A stretch of DNA of 61,242 bases from an uncultured Stenotrophomonas sp. (GTDB lineage: Bacteria; Pseudomonadota; Gammaproteobacteria; Xanthomonadales; Xanthomonadaceae), in contig CAMICU010000001.1 of NCBI GenBank assembly GCA_946223375.1, forward strand, positions 1 to 61,242. Reading direction: 5' to 3'. Made by a program: the position numbers and the translations under genes. The notes beneath the pieces were generated by a model. It was given only the letters and a program-made list of their open reading frames with translations. It made no database searches and was not told the origin of the DNA. Shown here piece by piece: positions 49,156 through 58,965 of the stretch; position 1 is the stretch's first letter; each line of letters opens with the position of its first letter.

Positions 49156-49191
49156 CTAATACCAATGGATTAGCTAGTACCAATGCGTTAT
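49156..49191 (+). promoter_or_regulatory. Two tandem 18-bp near-palindromic boxes upstream of dctA
   Basis: CTAATACCAATGGATTAG followed directly by CTAGTACCAATGCGTTAT. Confidence 0.65.
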
Positions 49192-49251
49192 CGGCGCGGC
49201 GTCGGGCGCGGCGTAAAACAGCGCCCGAAGCGAATCCTCGTCGAGGCCACC

Positions 49252-50571
49252 ATGCACATTTCCACCGAAGTCCCCCGGGCAATTCCCGTCCGCGTCCCGT
49301 TCTACCGCCAGCTGTACGTGCAGGTGCTGGTCGCCATCACGCTGGGCGTGCTGCTCGGCCATTTCGAGCCGGCCTTTGCCGAACAGCTCAAGCCGCTGGG
49401 CGACGCGTTCATCAAGCTGGTGAAGATGATCATCGCGCCGGTGATCTTCCTGACCATCGTCACCGGCATCGCCGGCATGACCCACCTGCGCAGCGTCGGT
49501 CGGGTATTCGCCAAGGCGATGGCCTACTTCATGTTCTTCTCCACGCTGGCCCTGGTGGTCGGGCTGGTGGTGGCGCACGTCGTGCAGCCCGGCGCCGGCA
49601 TGAACATCAACCCGGCCGAGCTCGACCAGACCGCGGTGCAGGGCTACGTGCAGAAGTCGCACGAGCTGACCCTGATTGGCTTTGCGATGGACATCATTCC
49701 CAAGACCCTGCTCAGCCCGTTCGTCGGCGACAACATCCTGCAGGTGCTGTTCGTGGCGGTGCTGTTCGGCCTGGCACTGGCGATGGTCGGCGAGAAGGGC
49801 AAGCCGGTGCTGGGCTTCCTGGAGGCGCTGACCGCGCCGGTGTTCAAGCTGGTGCACCTGCTGATGAAGGCCGCGCCGATCGGCGCATTCGGCGCCATCG
49901 CCTTCACCATCGGCAAGTACGGGGTCGGCTCGCTGGTCAACCTGGCCTGGCTGGTCGGCTCGTTCTACATCACCTCGCTGCTGTTCGTGCTGGTGATCCT
50001 GGGCGCGGTGGCGCGCCTGTGCGGCTTCTCGGTGATCAAGCTGGCGCGCTACCTGAAGGCCGAGCTGCTGCTGGTGCTCGGCACGTCCTCGTCCGAATCG
50101 GCGCTGCCCTCGTTGATGGAGAAGATGGAAAAGGCCGGCTGCAGCAAGTCGGTGGTCGGCCTGGTGGTGCCCACCGGCTACTCCTTCAACCTGGACGGCA
50201 CCAACATCTACATGACGCTGGCGGCGCTGTTCATCGCCCAGGCCACCAACACCGACCTGACCCTGGGGCACCAGATCGCGCTGCTGCTGGTGGCGATGCT
50301 CAGCTCCAAGGGGGCGGCGGGCGTGACCGGCGCCGGCTTCATCACCCTGGCCGCGACCCTGGCGGTGGTGCCGGAAGTGCCGGTGGCCGGCATGGCGCTG
50401 ATCCTGGGCGTGGACCGCTTCATGAGTGAGTGCCGCTCGTTGACCAACTTCATCGGCAACGCGGTCGCCACGGTGGTGGTGTCGCGCTGGGAGGGGGCGC
50501 TGGACCAGGAGCAGCTGAGCCAGGCCCTGGACGGGCGCGACGCGACCCTGCCCGTCGCCGTGGAAGGCTGA
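49252..50571 (+). CDS. dctA: C4-dicarboxylate:H+ symporter
   Basis: [46 protein letters not shown]. Confidence 0.95.
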   Translation: MHISTEVPRAIPVRVPFYRQLYVQVLVAITLGVLLGHFEPAFAEQLKPLGDAFIKLVKMIIAPVIFLTIVTGIAGMTHLRSVGRVFAKAMAYFMFFSTLALVVGLVVAHVVQPGAGMNINPAELDQTAVQGYVQKSHELTLIGFAMDIIPKTLLSPFVGDNILQVLFVAVLFGLALAMVGEKGKPVLGFLEALTAPVFKLVHLLMKAAPIGAFGAIAFTIGKYGVGSLVNLAWLVGSFYITSLLFVLVILGAVARLCGFSVIKLARYLKAELLLVLGTSSSESALPSLMEKMEKAGCSKSVVGLVVPTGYSFNLDGTNIYMTLAALFIAQATNTDLTLGHQIALLLVAMLSSKGAAGVTGAGFITLAATLAVVPEVPVAGMALILGVDRFMSECRSLTNFIGNAVATVVVSRWEGALDQEQLSQALDGRDATLPVAVEG

Positions 50572-50807
50572 CCGGCCCGGAGTGTGTGGTTCCGCGGGGT
50601 CGGCCGGGTTGACATCGGCACGGCCCCGCGGTGTTTTCGCGGTGATACCCGGTTTGTCATCTGCCGTTGCCAGGCTGATGCTGGCGGTTACACACGGCAC
50701 CGCATTGTGCGGTTGCAGCATTTGCGTGATAGCGCAGCGACAGGTTCAGCCTGTCCAAGGGGGGTATCATTCCCCGTTCCTCTCGCCCATTCAGCCCTCT
50801 TAGATCG

Positions 50808-53099
50808 ATGTCCAACGAAGATTTCAAACAGGCCGCCCTCGATTACCACCGGATGTCTCCGCCCGGCAAGATCAAGGTCGTGGCGACCAAGCCGATGCTG
50901 ACCCAGCGTGATCTGTCGCTGGCCTACTCGCCGGGTGTGGCGCATGCCTGTGAAGCCATCGTTGCCGATCCCTCGATGGCCAGCGAGCTGACCGCCCGCG
51001 GCAACCTGGTGGCGGTGATCAGCAACGGCACCGCGGTGCTGGGCCTGGGCAACATCGGCCCGCTGGCCGGCAAGCCGGTGATGGAAGGCAAGGGTGTGCT
51101 GTTCCAGAAGTTCGCCGGCATCGATGTGTTCGACATCGAGGTGGACGAGAACGACCCGGACAAGCTGGTCGACATCATCGCCTCGCTGGAGCCGACCTTC
51201 GGCGGCATCAACCTGGAAGACATCAAGGCACCGGAGTGCTTCATCGTCGAGCGCAAGCTGCGCGAGCGCATGAACATCCCGGTGTTCCATGACGACCAGC
51301 ACGGTACCGCGATCATCGTCGGCGCCGCCGTGCTCAACGCCATGTGCATCACCGGCAAGAAGATCGAAGAGGTCAAGCTGGCCACCACCGGCATGGGCGC
51401 GGCCGGCATCTCCTGCGTCAACATGCTGGTGCAGCTGGGCCTGAAGCCGGAGAACATCCTGGCCTATGACCGCGAGGGCGTGATCCATACCGGTCGTACC
51501 GACCTGGACCCGGAAAAGGCCCGTTACGCCCGCGACACCGACAAGCGCACGCTGGCCGAGATCGTCGATGGCGCGGACATCTTCCTGGGCCTGTCGGCCG
51601 GCGGCATCCTGAAGCCGGAGATGGTGGCCACGATGGCGCCGAACCCGGTCATCTTCGCGCTGGCCAACCCGTACCCGGAAATCCTGCCGGAGGACGCCAA
51701 GGCGGTCCGTCCGGACGTGATCATGGGCACCGGCCGCTCGGATTACCCGAACCAGGTCAACAACGCGCTGTGCTTCCCGTATCTGTTCCGCGGCGCGCTG
51801 GACGTGGGCGCGACCGGCATCAACGAGGAAATGAAGATTGCCTGCGTGCGCGCGATCGCCGCGCTGGCCCGCAAGGAAGCCTCCGACCTGGGCACCGCCT
51901 ACGGCGGCGACACGCCGAGCTTCGGCCGTGACTATGTGATCCCGCGTCCGTTCGACCGCCGCCTGCTGGTCGAGCTGTCCTCGGCCGTGGCCCAGGCGGC
52001 GATGGATTCGGGCGTGGCCACGCGTCCGATCACCGACATGGCCGCCTACCGCGAGAAGCTGGCCCAGTTCGTCTACCGCACCAGCCTGTTCATGAAGCCG
52101 GTCTACGACCGTGCCCGCTCGGACAAGCAGCGCGTGGTCTATGCCGAGGGCGAGGAAGAAGTGGTGCTGCAGGCCGTGCAGAACGTGATCGACGAAGGCG
52201 TGGCCTCGCCGATCCTGATCGGCCGCCCGGAAGTGATCGAAGCGCGCGTGGAGCGCCTGGGCCTGCGCATGAAGGCAGGCGTGGACTTCGAGATCACCAA
52301 CATCAACGACGATCCGCGTTTCAACGAGTACTGGCAGTACTACCACGAGATGACCGGCCGCAAGGGCGTCACCGTGTCCGCGGCCAAGAACCTGATGCGC
52401 TCGCGGCCGACGCTGATCGCGGCGGTGATGGTGGCCCGTGGCGAAGCCGACGCGATGCTGTCGGGCCTGGTCGGCCGCTTCCACAAGAAGCTGGGTTACG
52501 TGCGCAGCGTGATTCCGCTGGAACAGCGTGTCAGTTCGACCTCGGCGATGACCGGCGTGATCAACTCGCAGGGCGTGTTCTTCTTCGTGGACACCCACGT
52601 GCAGGAGGACCCGACCGTCGAGCAGATTGTCGAGTCGACGCTGCAGGCGGCGTACCGCATGAAGCTGTTCGGCATCGAGCCGAAGATCGCGCTGCTGTCG
52701 CATTCCAACTTCGGCAGCCACGATTCCAAGGACGCGCTGAAGATGCGCCAGGTGCGCGAGGCGCTGCTCAAGCGCAACCCGCGCCTGAACGTGGACGGCG
52801 AGATGCAGGGCGACACCGCCTGGGACGAGGCGCTGCGCGAGAAGCTGCTGCCCAACAGCACGCTGAAGGGGCGTGCCAACCTGTTCGTGCTGCCCAACCT
52901 GGAAGCGGCCAACATCGCCTACAACCTGGTGCGTGTGTTCACCAACGGCGTGGCGATCGGCCCGATCCTGATGGGCATCTCCAAGCCGGTGCACATCCTG
53001 ACCAGCAGTGCCAGCGTGCGTCGCGTGCTGAACATGACCGCGATCGCCGCGGTGGATGCGCAGATCCGCAAGCAGATGGACGCCGAACGCGGTAACTGA
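50808..53099 (+). CDS. maeB: NADP-dependent malic enzyme with PTA-like domain
   Basis: [39 protein letters not shown]. Confidence 0.96.
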   Translation: MSNEDFKQAALDYHRMSPPGKIKVVATKPMLTQRDLSLAYSPGVAHACEAIVADPSMASELTARGNLVAVISNGTAVLGLGNIGPLAGKPVMEGKGVLFQKFAGIDVFDIEVDENDPDKLVDIIASLEPTFGGINLEDIKAPECFIVERKLRERMNIPVFHDDQHGTAIIVGAAVLNAMCITGKKIEEVKLATTGMGAAGISCVNMLVQLGLKPENILAYDREGVIHTGRTDLDPEKARYARDTDKRTLAEIVDGADIFLGLSAGGILKPEMVATMAPNPVIFALANPYPEILPEDAKAVRPDVIMGTGRSDYPNQVNNALCFPYLFRGALDVGATGINEEMKIACVRAIAALARKEASDLGTAYGGDTPSFGRDYVIPRPFDRRLLVELSSAVAQAAMDSGVATRPITDMAAYREKLAQFVYRTSLFMKPVYDRARSDKQRVVYAEGEEEVVLQAVQNVIDEGVASPILIGRPEVIEARVERLGLRMKAGVDFEITNINDDPRFNEYWQYYHEMTGRKGVTVSAAKNLMRSRPTLIAAVMVARGEADAMLSGLVGRFHKKLGYVRSVIPLEQRVSSTSAMTGVINSQGVFFFVDTHVQEDPTVEQIVESTLQAAYRMKLFGIEPKIALLSHSNFGSHDSKDALKMRQVREALLKRNPRLNVDGEMQGDTAWDEALREKLLPNSTLKGRANLFVLPNLEAANIAYNLVRVFTNGVAIGPILMGISKPVHILTSSASVRRVLNMTAIAAVDAQIRKQMDAERGN

Positions 53100-53127
53100 G
53101 CGGGCGCGGCAACGCCGCCGGTGAGGT

Positions 53128-53163
53128 AACGACAGAAGCCGGCGCGAGCCGGCTTCTGTCGTT
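53128..53163 (+). terminator. Hairpin terminator after maeB
   Basis: AACGACAGAAGCCGGC-GCGA-GCCGGCTTCTGTCGTT. Confidence 0.75.
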
Positions 53164-53454
53164 GTGGCGGTCCTGGCGCGCGATGCCGGGCGTGGCTCCA
53201 CGGTCGGGATGTGGACGTCGGGCTGCGGGAGGTCGGGCGCAGGCGAGCGGGCGGCATATCCGGTGATGCGCGCAGCGGAAGCAATGGCGCCTGCCCGCAT
53301 CGGACCGGGAGTGGGTGCACCGGCATGCAGCCTGCCGCGTGTGGCCTGTCCGTATCGGGGCACGGGCCGGTACCGGTTCGCCTGCCCGCGTCGGAGCGCC
53401 TGGCCGCAGCCGCCGGCAGCCGCGCAGCGGCAAGCGTGCTGGCCGGAAAAGCAG

Positions 53455-53485
53455 CCCCTTCCGCACGCGGGAGAGGGGTGGGGTG
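53455..53485. repeat. Single copy of the 46210-type palindromic repeat
   Basis: CCCCTTCCGCACGCGGGAGAGGGGTGGGGTG. Confidence 0.6.
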
Positions 53486-53560
53486 CGAAGGGGGCGGCTG
53501 TGCCGGCAGGCCGTCAGTCAGCTGCCGGAGCTGCCAGCGCAGGCAGCCAATGGGCGGCGA

Positions 53561-53926
53561 TCAGCTGGACGTCAGGCGCTGGCCTTCAACGATCTGCAGC
53601 ACCAGTTTGCGGGTGGCTGCGCGGCAGGTGCGATAGGCCAGCAGCAGCCGCCGTTCGTGCGGGTCGTCCACCACTTCCACGGAGGTGTCCGGCGCGGCGG
53701 CGGGCACCACGTCCAGCCCATGCCGGCCGGTCGCCAACCACTCGAACGACACATCGGTGACCAGGGCGATGGTGATCATGCGGGTGGTGCTGGGCATGAT
53801 GCCGGTCGGGCTTTCCCAGTTGCCTACGGCGCTGCGGCTGACCTTGAGCTGCGAGGCCAGCTCGGCCTGGGTCATGCCCTTTCTTCTGCGGGCCCTGCGG
53901 ATGCGATTTGCCAGATGATTGGGCAT
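53561..53926 (-). CDS. XRE-family HTH transcriptional regulator
   Basis: AAGGAGG RBS; RIRRARRRKGMTQAELASQLKVSRSAVGNWE..FEWLATG. Confidence 0.9.
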   Translation of the reverse strand: MPNHLANRIRRARRRKGMTQAELASQLKVSRSAVGNWESPTGIMPSTTRMITIALVTDVSFEWLATGRHGLDVVPAAAPDTSVEVVDDPHERRLLLAYRTCRAATRKLVLQIVEGQRLTSS

Positions 53927-54297
53927 CCAGTCTCCTCCTTGAAGTTGCGGCGATACGGTGGAAAGACGGCGCAGGCTCCCACGGCGATGTGAGCGAGTGC
54001 GATAGTTGGAGATTGTTGCACGGGAGCTGCCGCCGCTGGCATGTGGACGGGGTTGTCTGGTCAGGATCACTGGCGCAAAGCGCAGACGTTGCCCGCTGGC
54101 TGTCAGGCCAGTCTGAAGAGCAGGTCGGCAGCGGCGGCATTGGTCCGGATTGGTCAATGCGGCTTGCCCGCCGGGCACGGCGTTGCAGGACGCGGGCATT
54201 ACCCGGCAGGGCAAGTGGAAGTGGCGCGCAGGCGGCCTTGAAGGCAGGTGTGCTCTCGGTCAGATTCCGGTCCTCGCCCCGCTGCGGAATCTCTTCC

Positions 54298-55560
54298 ATG
54301 TCCCAGTCGCTGTTCCGCGATGAAGTCCTGCAGGCACGGCGCGCCGGTGGGTTGGGTGCGGTCTCGCTGGTACAGCCGTTGCGGTTCTGGTTGCTGACCT
54401 TGGTGGCGGTGGGTGCAGCGGCATCCATCGTGTTGTTCGTCTGCCTCGGCACGTACACCCGTCGCTCCACCGTGGTCGGCCAGCTGGTGCCCACGCAGGG
54501 ATTGATCAGCGTGCTTTCGCCGGCGACCGGGGTCGTTGCCTGGTTGGACGTTGCCGAGGGCGAGCGGGTAAGGGGCGGTGGCGCACTGGCCATGGTGAGC
54601 GTGCCCCGTGAACTGCCTGACGGCGGTGACGTGCAGGTGGTGCTCGAACACCAGCTGCAGCAGCGGCACGCTGGCCTGCTTGCGGCGCGCAACGCCCATC
54701 ACGAACAGTTGTCGGCGCAGTCGCAGGGGCTGGCGGCGCAGTTGCGCACGGCGCGCAGGGAGGTTGCCCAGATCGAGGCGGAAATCGGCACGCGCAGGCA
54801 GCAGATAGGGATAGCCGAGGAAACCCTGCAGCGCCTGCGCCGACTGGAAAACAGCCAGTTCGTGAGCATCCTCCAGATCAAGCAGCAGGAAACGGCGCTG
54901 CTGGAGATCCGCGGGCAGATGCAGGCGCTGCAGCGCCAGGCGACCTCGCTCCGACGATTGATGGACCAGCTTCAGCAGGCACGGCGGGAGCTGCCAGGCC
55001 AGCAGGACGCGCGTGAAGCGGGCTATCGACTGGATCTGGCACAACTGGAGAAAGAACGGGTGCAGGCCAGGGCGGAAGGCGCATTGGTGATCAAGGCGCC
55101 GGTGGGCGGGTTGATCGCTTCGCAGCTCGTCAAGCCCGGGCAGGCGGTGCGGCTGGGACAGCCCCTGATGAGCCTGCTGCCGGGCGAAGGCCGATTGGAA
55201 GCGGAGCTCTGGGTCCCAAGTCGCTCCATCGGTTTCATCGAGATCGGTGACGAGGTCATGCTGCGCTACCACGCGTTTCCCTATCAGAAGTTCGGTCACC
55301 AGAAGGGTCGGGTCACGCAGGTAAGCCGCAGTGCGCACAGCGCCGGGGATCTGGGGGCGCCGGCGCTGGAGGGAGCGCCCCCCGAGCCGTTCTATCGGTT
55401 GATCGTTGCGCTTCCCCGGCAGGCGATCAATGCGCGCGGCGGGCCGGAAAATCTCAAGCCCGGCATGGCCCTGGACGCCGATCTGATGGGCGACAGGCGT
55501 CGGATAATCGAATGGATCATCGAGCCGCTGCAGGCCGTCGGCTGGCGGGTTGCGGAATGA
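54298..55560 (+). CDS. HlyD/CvaA/RaxA-like membrane fusion protein
   Basis: MSQSLFRDEV, single TM, coiled coil, IKAPVGG, AFPYQKFG, LKPGM, RRIIEWIIEPL. Confidence 0.92.
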   Translation: MSQSLFRDEVLQARRAGGLGAVSLVQPLRFWLLTLVAVGAAASIVLFVCLGTYTRRSTVVGQLVPTQGLISVLSPATGVVAWLDVAEGERVRGGGALAMVSVPRELPDGGDVQVVLEHQLQQRHAGLLAARNAHHEQLSAQSQGLAAQLRTARREVAQIEAEIGTRRQQIGIAEETLQRLRRLENSQFVSILQIKQQETALLEIRGQMQALQRQATSLRRLMDQLQQARRELPGQQDAREAGYRLDLAQLEKERVQARAEGALVIKAPVGGLIASQLVKPGQAVRLGQPLMSLLPGEGRLEAELWVPSRSIGFIEIGDEVMLRYHAFPYQKFGHQKGRVTQVSRSAHSAGDLGAPALEGAPPEPFYRLIVALPRQAINARGGPENLKPGMALDADLMGDRRRIIEWIIEPLQAVGWRVAE

Positions 55561-55636
55561 AGTGCGCTCAAATAGACGGTCGTGCGCATTGCCGAAGCGA
55601 GCAATCACCCCGCTCACTGGGGTGGAGCGTGAAGCA

Positions 55637-56024
55637 TGTCGCGGGCTTTGAGGCCAGGCGTGAATCATTCAATGTCCTGGTGGTCAACTGATGGCGTGCG
55701 CCTCGGTGCGTAGGGGCGTCGCAGCTGTTCTGTCGGCCAATGACTGGGAGGCGATGGGCCGCTGGCCGGGCTTGGTCCGCCTGTCCTTGTCCTTGTGCAG
55801 CGCCGTCTTCGGCTATCTTTCGATGGGGACGTTCAAGGGGGGCAGTTGTGGTGGTTGGCCTGTGCGCCGCTCTTCTTTCGTTGGCGATGGAGTCTGTGGG
55901 TTCTCGCTGCTGCGTCCGTTTGTATCGCGCGGTGCCATCGATGCGGATGCCGATGCTGATGGCGAGTGTGTGCATGCGCGGAGAACGGGATCTGCGCGAG
56001 GTGTGTTCCGAGGGTGATGAGTGA
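55637..56024 (+). pseudogene. Possible frameshifted small membrane-protein gene
   Basis: Hydrophobic segments split across frames (GVAAVLSA..LSLSLCSAVFGYLSMGTFK / GAVVVVGLCAALLSLA), joined if one G is removed from the G6 run at 55837-55842; boundaries approximate. Confidence 0.35.
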
Positions 56025-56172
56025 CAGTGGTGGCTGGAATGGAGCGCGGCGCTTGATTGCGTGATCGCCTCCCTGCATTGAATACATGTCCACTCACGTT
56101 GTCGCCGGCGGGTGACTTCGAAGAGTGTGATTCGGGATTGCAGATGGACTTGACTATGTTGGATGGATATCT

Positions 56173-58929
56173 ATGAGGTTTATGAATTCTGGCGTACGGC
56201 AGTATCGATGGATGGCGCTGTTGCTCACGGCTGCTTTCACAGTCAATGGCAGTAACATCCGGCCGGATCCGCGCGCGCTGCCCGCTCCCGGTCCCTGCGT
56301 GGAGGGCATCTGCGAGCATCGTCTTTCCAACGGCCTGCGTGTGCTGCTGTTCCCCGACGCGAGCAAGCCGACGGTGACGGTCAACCTGGTCTACGGCGTC
56401 GGCTCGATGCACGAGAACTACGGCGAGACCGGCATGGCGCATCTGCTGGAGCACCTGCTGTTCAAGGGCACGCCGGCACATGCGGACATTCCCGGGGAAA
56501 TGCAGAAGCGTGGGGTCAGCAAGAACGCCACCACCTCGCTGGACCGCACCAACTACTTCGCCTCCTTCCCGGCCAGCGATGACACGCTGGACTGGCTGCT
56601 GGCGATGGAAGCCGACCGCATGGTCAATTCCCGGATCGCCCAGGCCGACCTGGACAGCGAGATGACGGTGGTCCGCAACGAGATGGAAGCCGGCGACAAC
56701 AATCCCGGCGGGGTGTTGATGAAGCGGATGCGTTCGGTTGCCTTCGACTGGCACAACTACGCGAACATGCCGATCGGTGCGCGGTCGGACGTGGAAGGCG
56801 TGCCGATCGACAACCTGCAGCGCTTCTACCGGACCTGGTACCAGCCGGACAATGCGGTGCTGGTGGTGGCCGGTCGTATCGATGCCGACCAGGTGCTGGC
56901 GCGGGTCGCCGCCCACTTCGGGCCGTTGCAGAAGCCGGCCCGCGCGCTGCCGGTGTTCCATACCATCGAGCCGGCGCAGGACGGAGAACGCGAGGTCACG
57001 GTACGGCGCAGCAGCGACCTGGCGCTGGTGGCGGCCAGCTACCACGTGCCGGCGCTGGCACATGCCGACAGCGCACCGCTGGCGGTGTTGGCCAACATCC
57101 TGGGCGATGACCCGAACGGGCGGCTCTACAAGGCGTTGATGGAAACCAAGCTGGCGGCCTACGCCGGCACCAGTGCCGAGAGCCTGCGTGATCCGGGCCT
57201 GTTCACGCTGGTCAGCGCCCTGCCCAGGGATGGCGACGCCGGCAAGGCCGAAGCCGAACTGCTCCGCCAGGCCGAGGCCATTGGCGAACGGCCGGTCAGC
57301 GAGGCCGAGGTGGCCGCGGCGAAGCAGCGCATCGCCAACGGCGTGGAGCGCCTGACCAGCGACGTCAACGCGGTGGCCATGGCCCTGACCGAGTACCAGG
57401 CTGCCGGCGACTGGCGCCTGCTGTTCGTGCAGCGTGACGCCATCGCCAAGGTCACCGCGGCCGATGTGAACCGGGTGGCCGCGGCCTACCTGAAACCGAG
57501 CAACCGCACGCTGGGGCGCTTCATCCCCACGGCGGCGCCGGACCGCGCGCAGATCCCGGCCGCGCCGGCGGTGGCCGGCCTGGTGGATGGCTATACCGGC
57601 AAGGCCGCGGTCGATGCCGGCGAGGTGTTTGCCGCGACCCTGGAGAACATCGCCGCACGCACCCAGACCTTCACGCTGGGCGAGGGGCTGAAGGTGTCGC
57701 TGCTGCCGAAGCGGAACCGGGGGCAGACGGTGGTGTTGTCCGCCCGCTTCCGCTTCGGCAGCGAGGAGGCGATCACCGGGCGCAGCGAAGTCGGCGGCCT
57801 GGTCGGACCGATGCTGATGATGGGCAGCACGCAGCTGGACCGCAGCCAGATCGCCGCGCGCTTCGATGGCCTGGGGGTGCAGGCACTGGTCAATGGCGGG
57901 CCGCAGAACGCGCTCATCCGCTTGCAGGGCAAGCGTGACAACCTGGCCGAGGCATTGGCGCTGGCCGCGCAGGTGCTGCGCACGCCGGCGTTCCCGGCGG
58001 CGCAGTTCGAGCAGCTGCGGATGCAGGCGATCACCGGGCTTGAGTTCCAGCGCAAGGAGCCCGACGCCCTGGCGGGAATGGCGCTGGCCCAGTACTTCGA
58101 CCCCTGGCCGGCCGGCCATCCGCTGCACGTGCAGTCGTTCGACGACACGCTGCGCCAGCTCAAGGCGATGCAGCTGGAGGACCTGCGCGCGTACCACCGG
58201 GACTTCTACGGCACCAGCGAGGGCGAGATCACCGTGGTGGGTGATTTCGATCCCGTCGCGGTGAAGGCGCAGCTGCAGGCCCTGTTCGTGGACTGGAAGC
58301 CGAAGTCGGCATTCGCGCCGATCGCCACCGCTTACCAGGCACGTCCCGCCCACCGGGCCAGCGCCACCACCCCGGACAAGCCCAACGCGGTACTGCTGGC
58401 GCGGCAGAATGTCTCGCTGAATCTGGCCGATGCCGACTTCGCCGCACTCAATATCGCCGTGGCCATCCTCGGTGGCGACCCGTTGAAGTCGCGGCTGGCG
58501 GATCGCATCCGCCAGAAGGACGGCCTCAGCTACGGGATCGGCGCCGCGTTGAGTGCCGACGAAAGCCGTACCGGCCGTGACGATGCCGGCAGTTTCACCG
58601 TGCAGGCGATCGCTGCCCCGGACAACGTCGCCAAGGTGGAGGCCGCGCTGCGCGAGGAACTGCAGCGGCTGGTGCGCGATGGCATCACCGAGCAGGAACT
58701 GCGTGATGTGGTCAATGCCCGGCTGGTGGCGCGTGAGCAGTCGCGTGCCAGCGACGCCGCCGTTGCCAGCATTCTTGCCAGCCAGCTGTACTACGGGCGC
58801 AGCCTGCAGTTCGAGATCGACCGCGACGCGGCGTATCGCGCGCTGACCGTGGCCGATGTCAATGCGGCCATCCGCAAACACCTCGAGCCGGAGCAGCTGA
58901 GCGTGTTCGTAGCGGGTGACTTCAAGTAA
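56173..58929 (+). CDS. M16 (pitrilysin/PqqL-like) zinc metallopeptidase
   Basis: LSNGL, GMAHLLEHLLFKG (HxxEH), NATT..DRTNY, VVRNE, WYQPDNA, SRL..RIRQKDGLSYG; start uncertain. Confidence 0.92.
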   Translation: MRFMNSGVRQYRWMALLLTAAFTVNGSNIRPDPRALPAPGPCVEGICEHRLSNGLRVLLFPDASKPTVTVNLVYGVGSMHENYGETGMAHLLEHLLFKGTPAHADIPGEMQKRGVSKNATTSLDRTNYFASFPASDDTLDWLLAMEADRMVNSRIAQADLDSEMTVVRNEMEAGDNNPGGVLMKRMRSVAFDWHNYANMPIGARSDVEGVPIDNLQRFYRTWYQPDNAVLVVAGRIDADQVLARVAAHFGPLQKPARALPVFHTIEPAQDGEREVTVRRSSDLALVAASYHVPALAHADSAPLAVLANILGDDPNGRLYKALMETKLAAYAGTSAESLRDPGLFTLVSALPRDGDAGKAEAELLRQAEAIGERPVSEAEVAAAKQRIANGVERLTSDVNAVAMALTEYQAAGDWRLLFVQRDAIAKVTAADVNRVAAAYLKPSNRTLGRFIPTAAPDRAQIPAAPAVAGLVDGYTGKAAVDAGEVFAATLENIAARTQTFTLGEGLKVSLLPKRNRGQTVVLSARFRFGSEEAITGRSEVGGLVGPMLMMGSTQLDRSQIAARFDGLGVQALVNGGPQNALIRLQGKRDNLAEALALAAQVLRTPAFPAAQFEQLRMQAITGLEFQRKEPDALAGMALAQYFDPWPAGHPLHVQSFDDTLRQLKAMQLEDLRAYHRDFYGTSEGEITVVGDFDPVAVKAQLQALFVDWKPKSAFAPIATAYQARPAHRASATTPDKPNAVLLARQNVSLNLADADFAALNIAVAILGGDPLKSRLADRIRQKDGLSYGIGAALSADESRTGRDDAGSFTVQAIAAPDNVAKVEAALREELQRLVRDGITEQELRDVVNARLVAREQSRASDAAVASILASQLYYGRSLQFEIDRDAAYRALTVADVNAAIRKHLEPEQLSVFVAGDFK

Positions 58930-58965
58930 GGGAGAAGCAGGGGCGGCCGATGGCCGCCCCTTGTC

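Noticed and set aside
50688..53363. 891-aa minus-strand ORF and similar long antisense ORFs elsewhere
   Set aside because: Shadow of maeB. The same reasoning applies to ORFs opposite dctA, frmA, the helicase and the sensor kinase.
55691..56017. Double-glycine leader in the 108-aa ORF (LSANDWEAMGR, FKGG, CGG)
   Set aside because: The GG pairs are not in register with an LSxxELxxIxGG-type leader, so it cannot be called a precursor.
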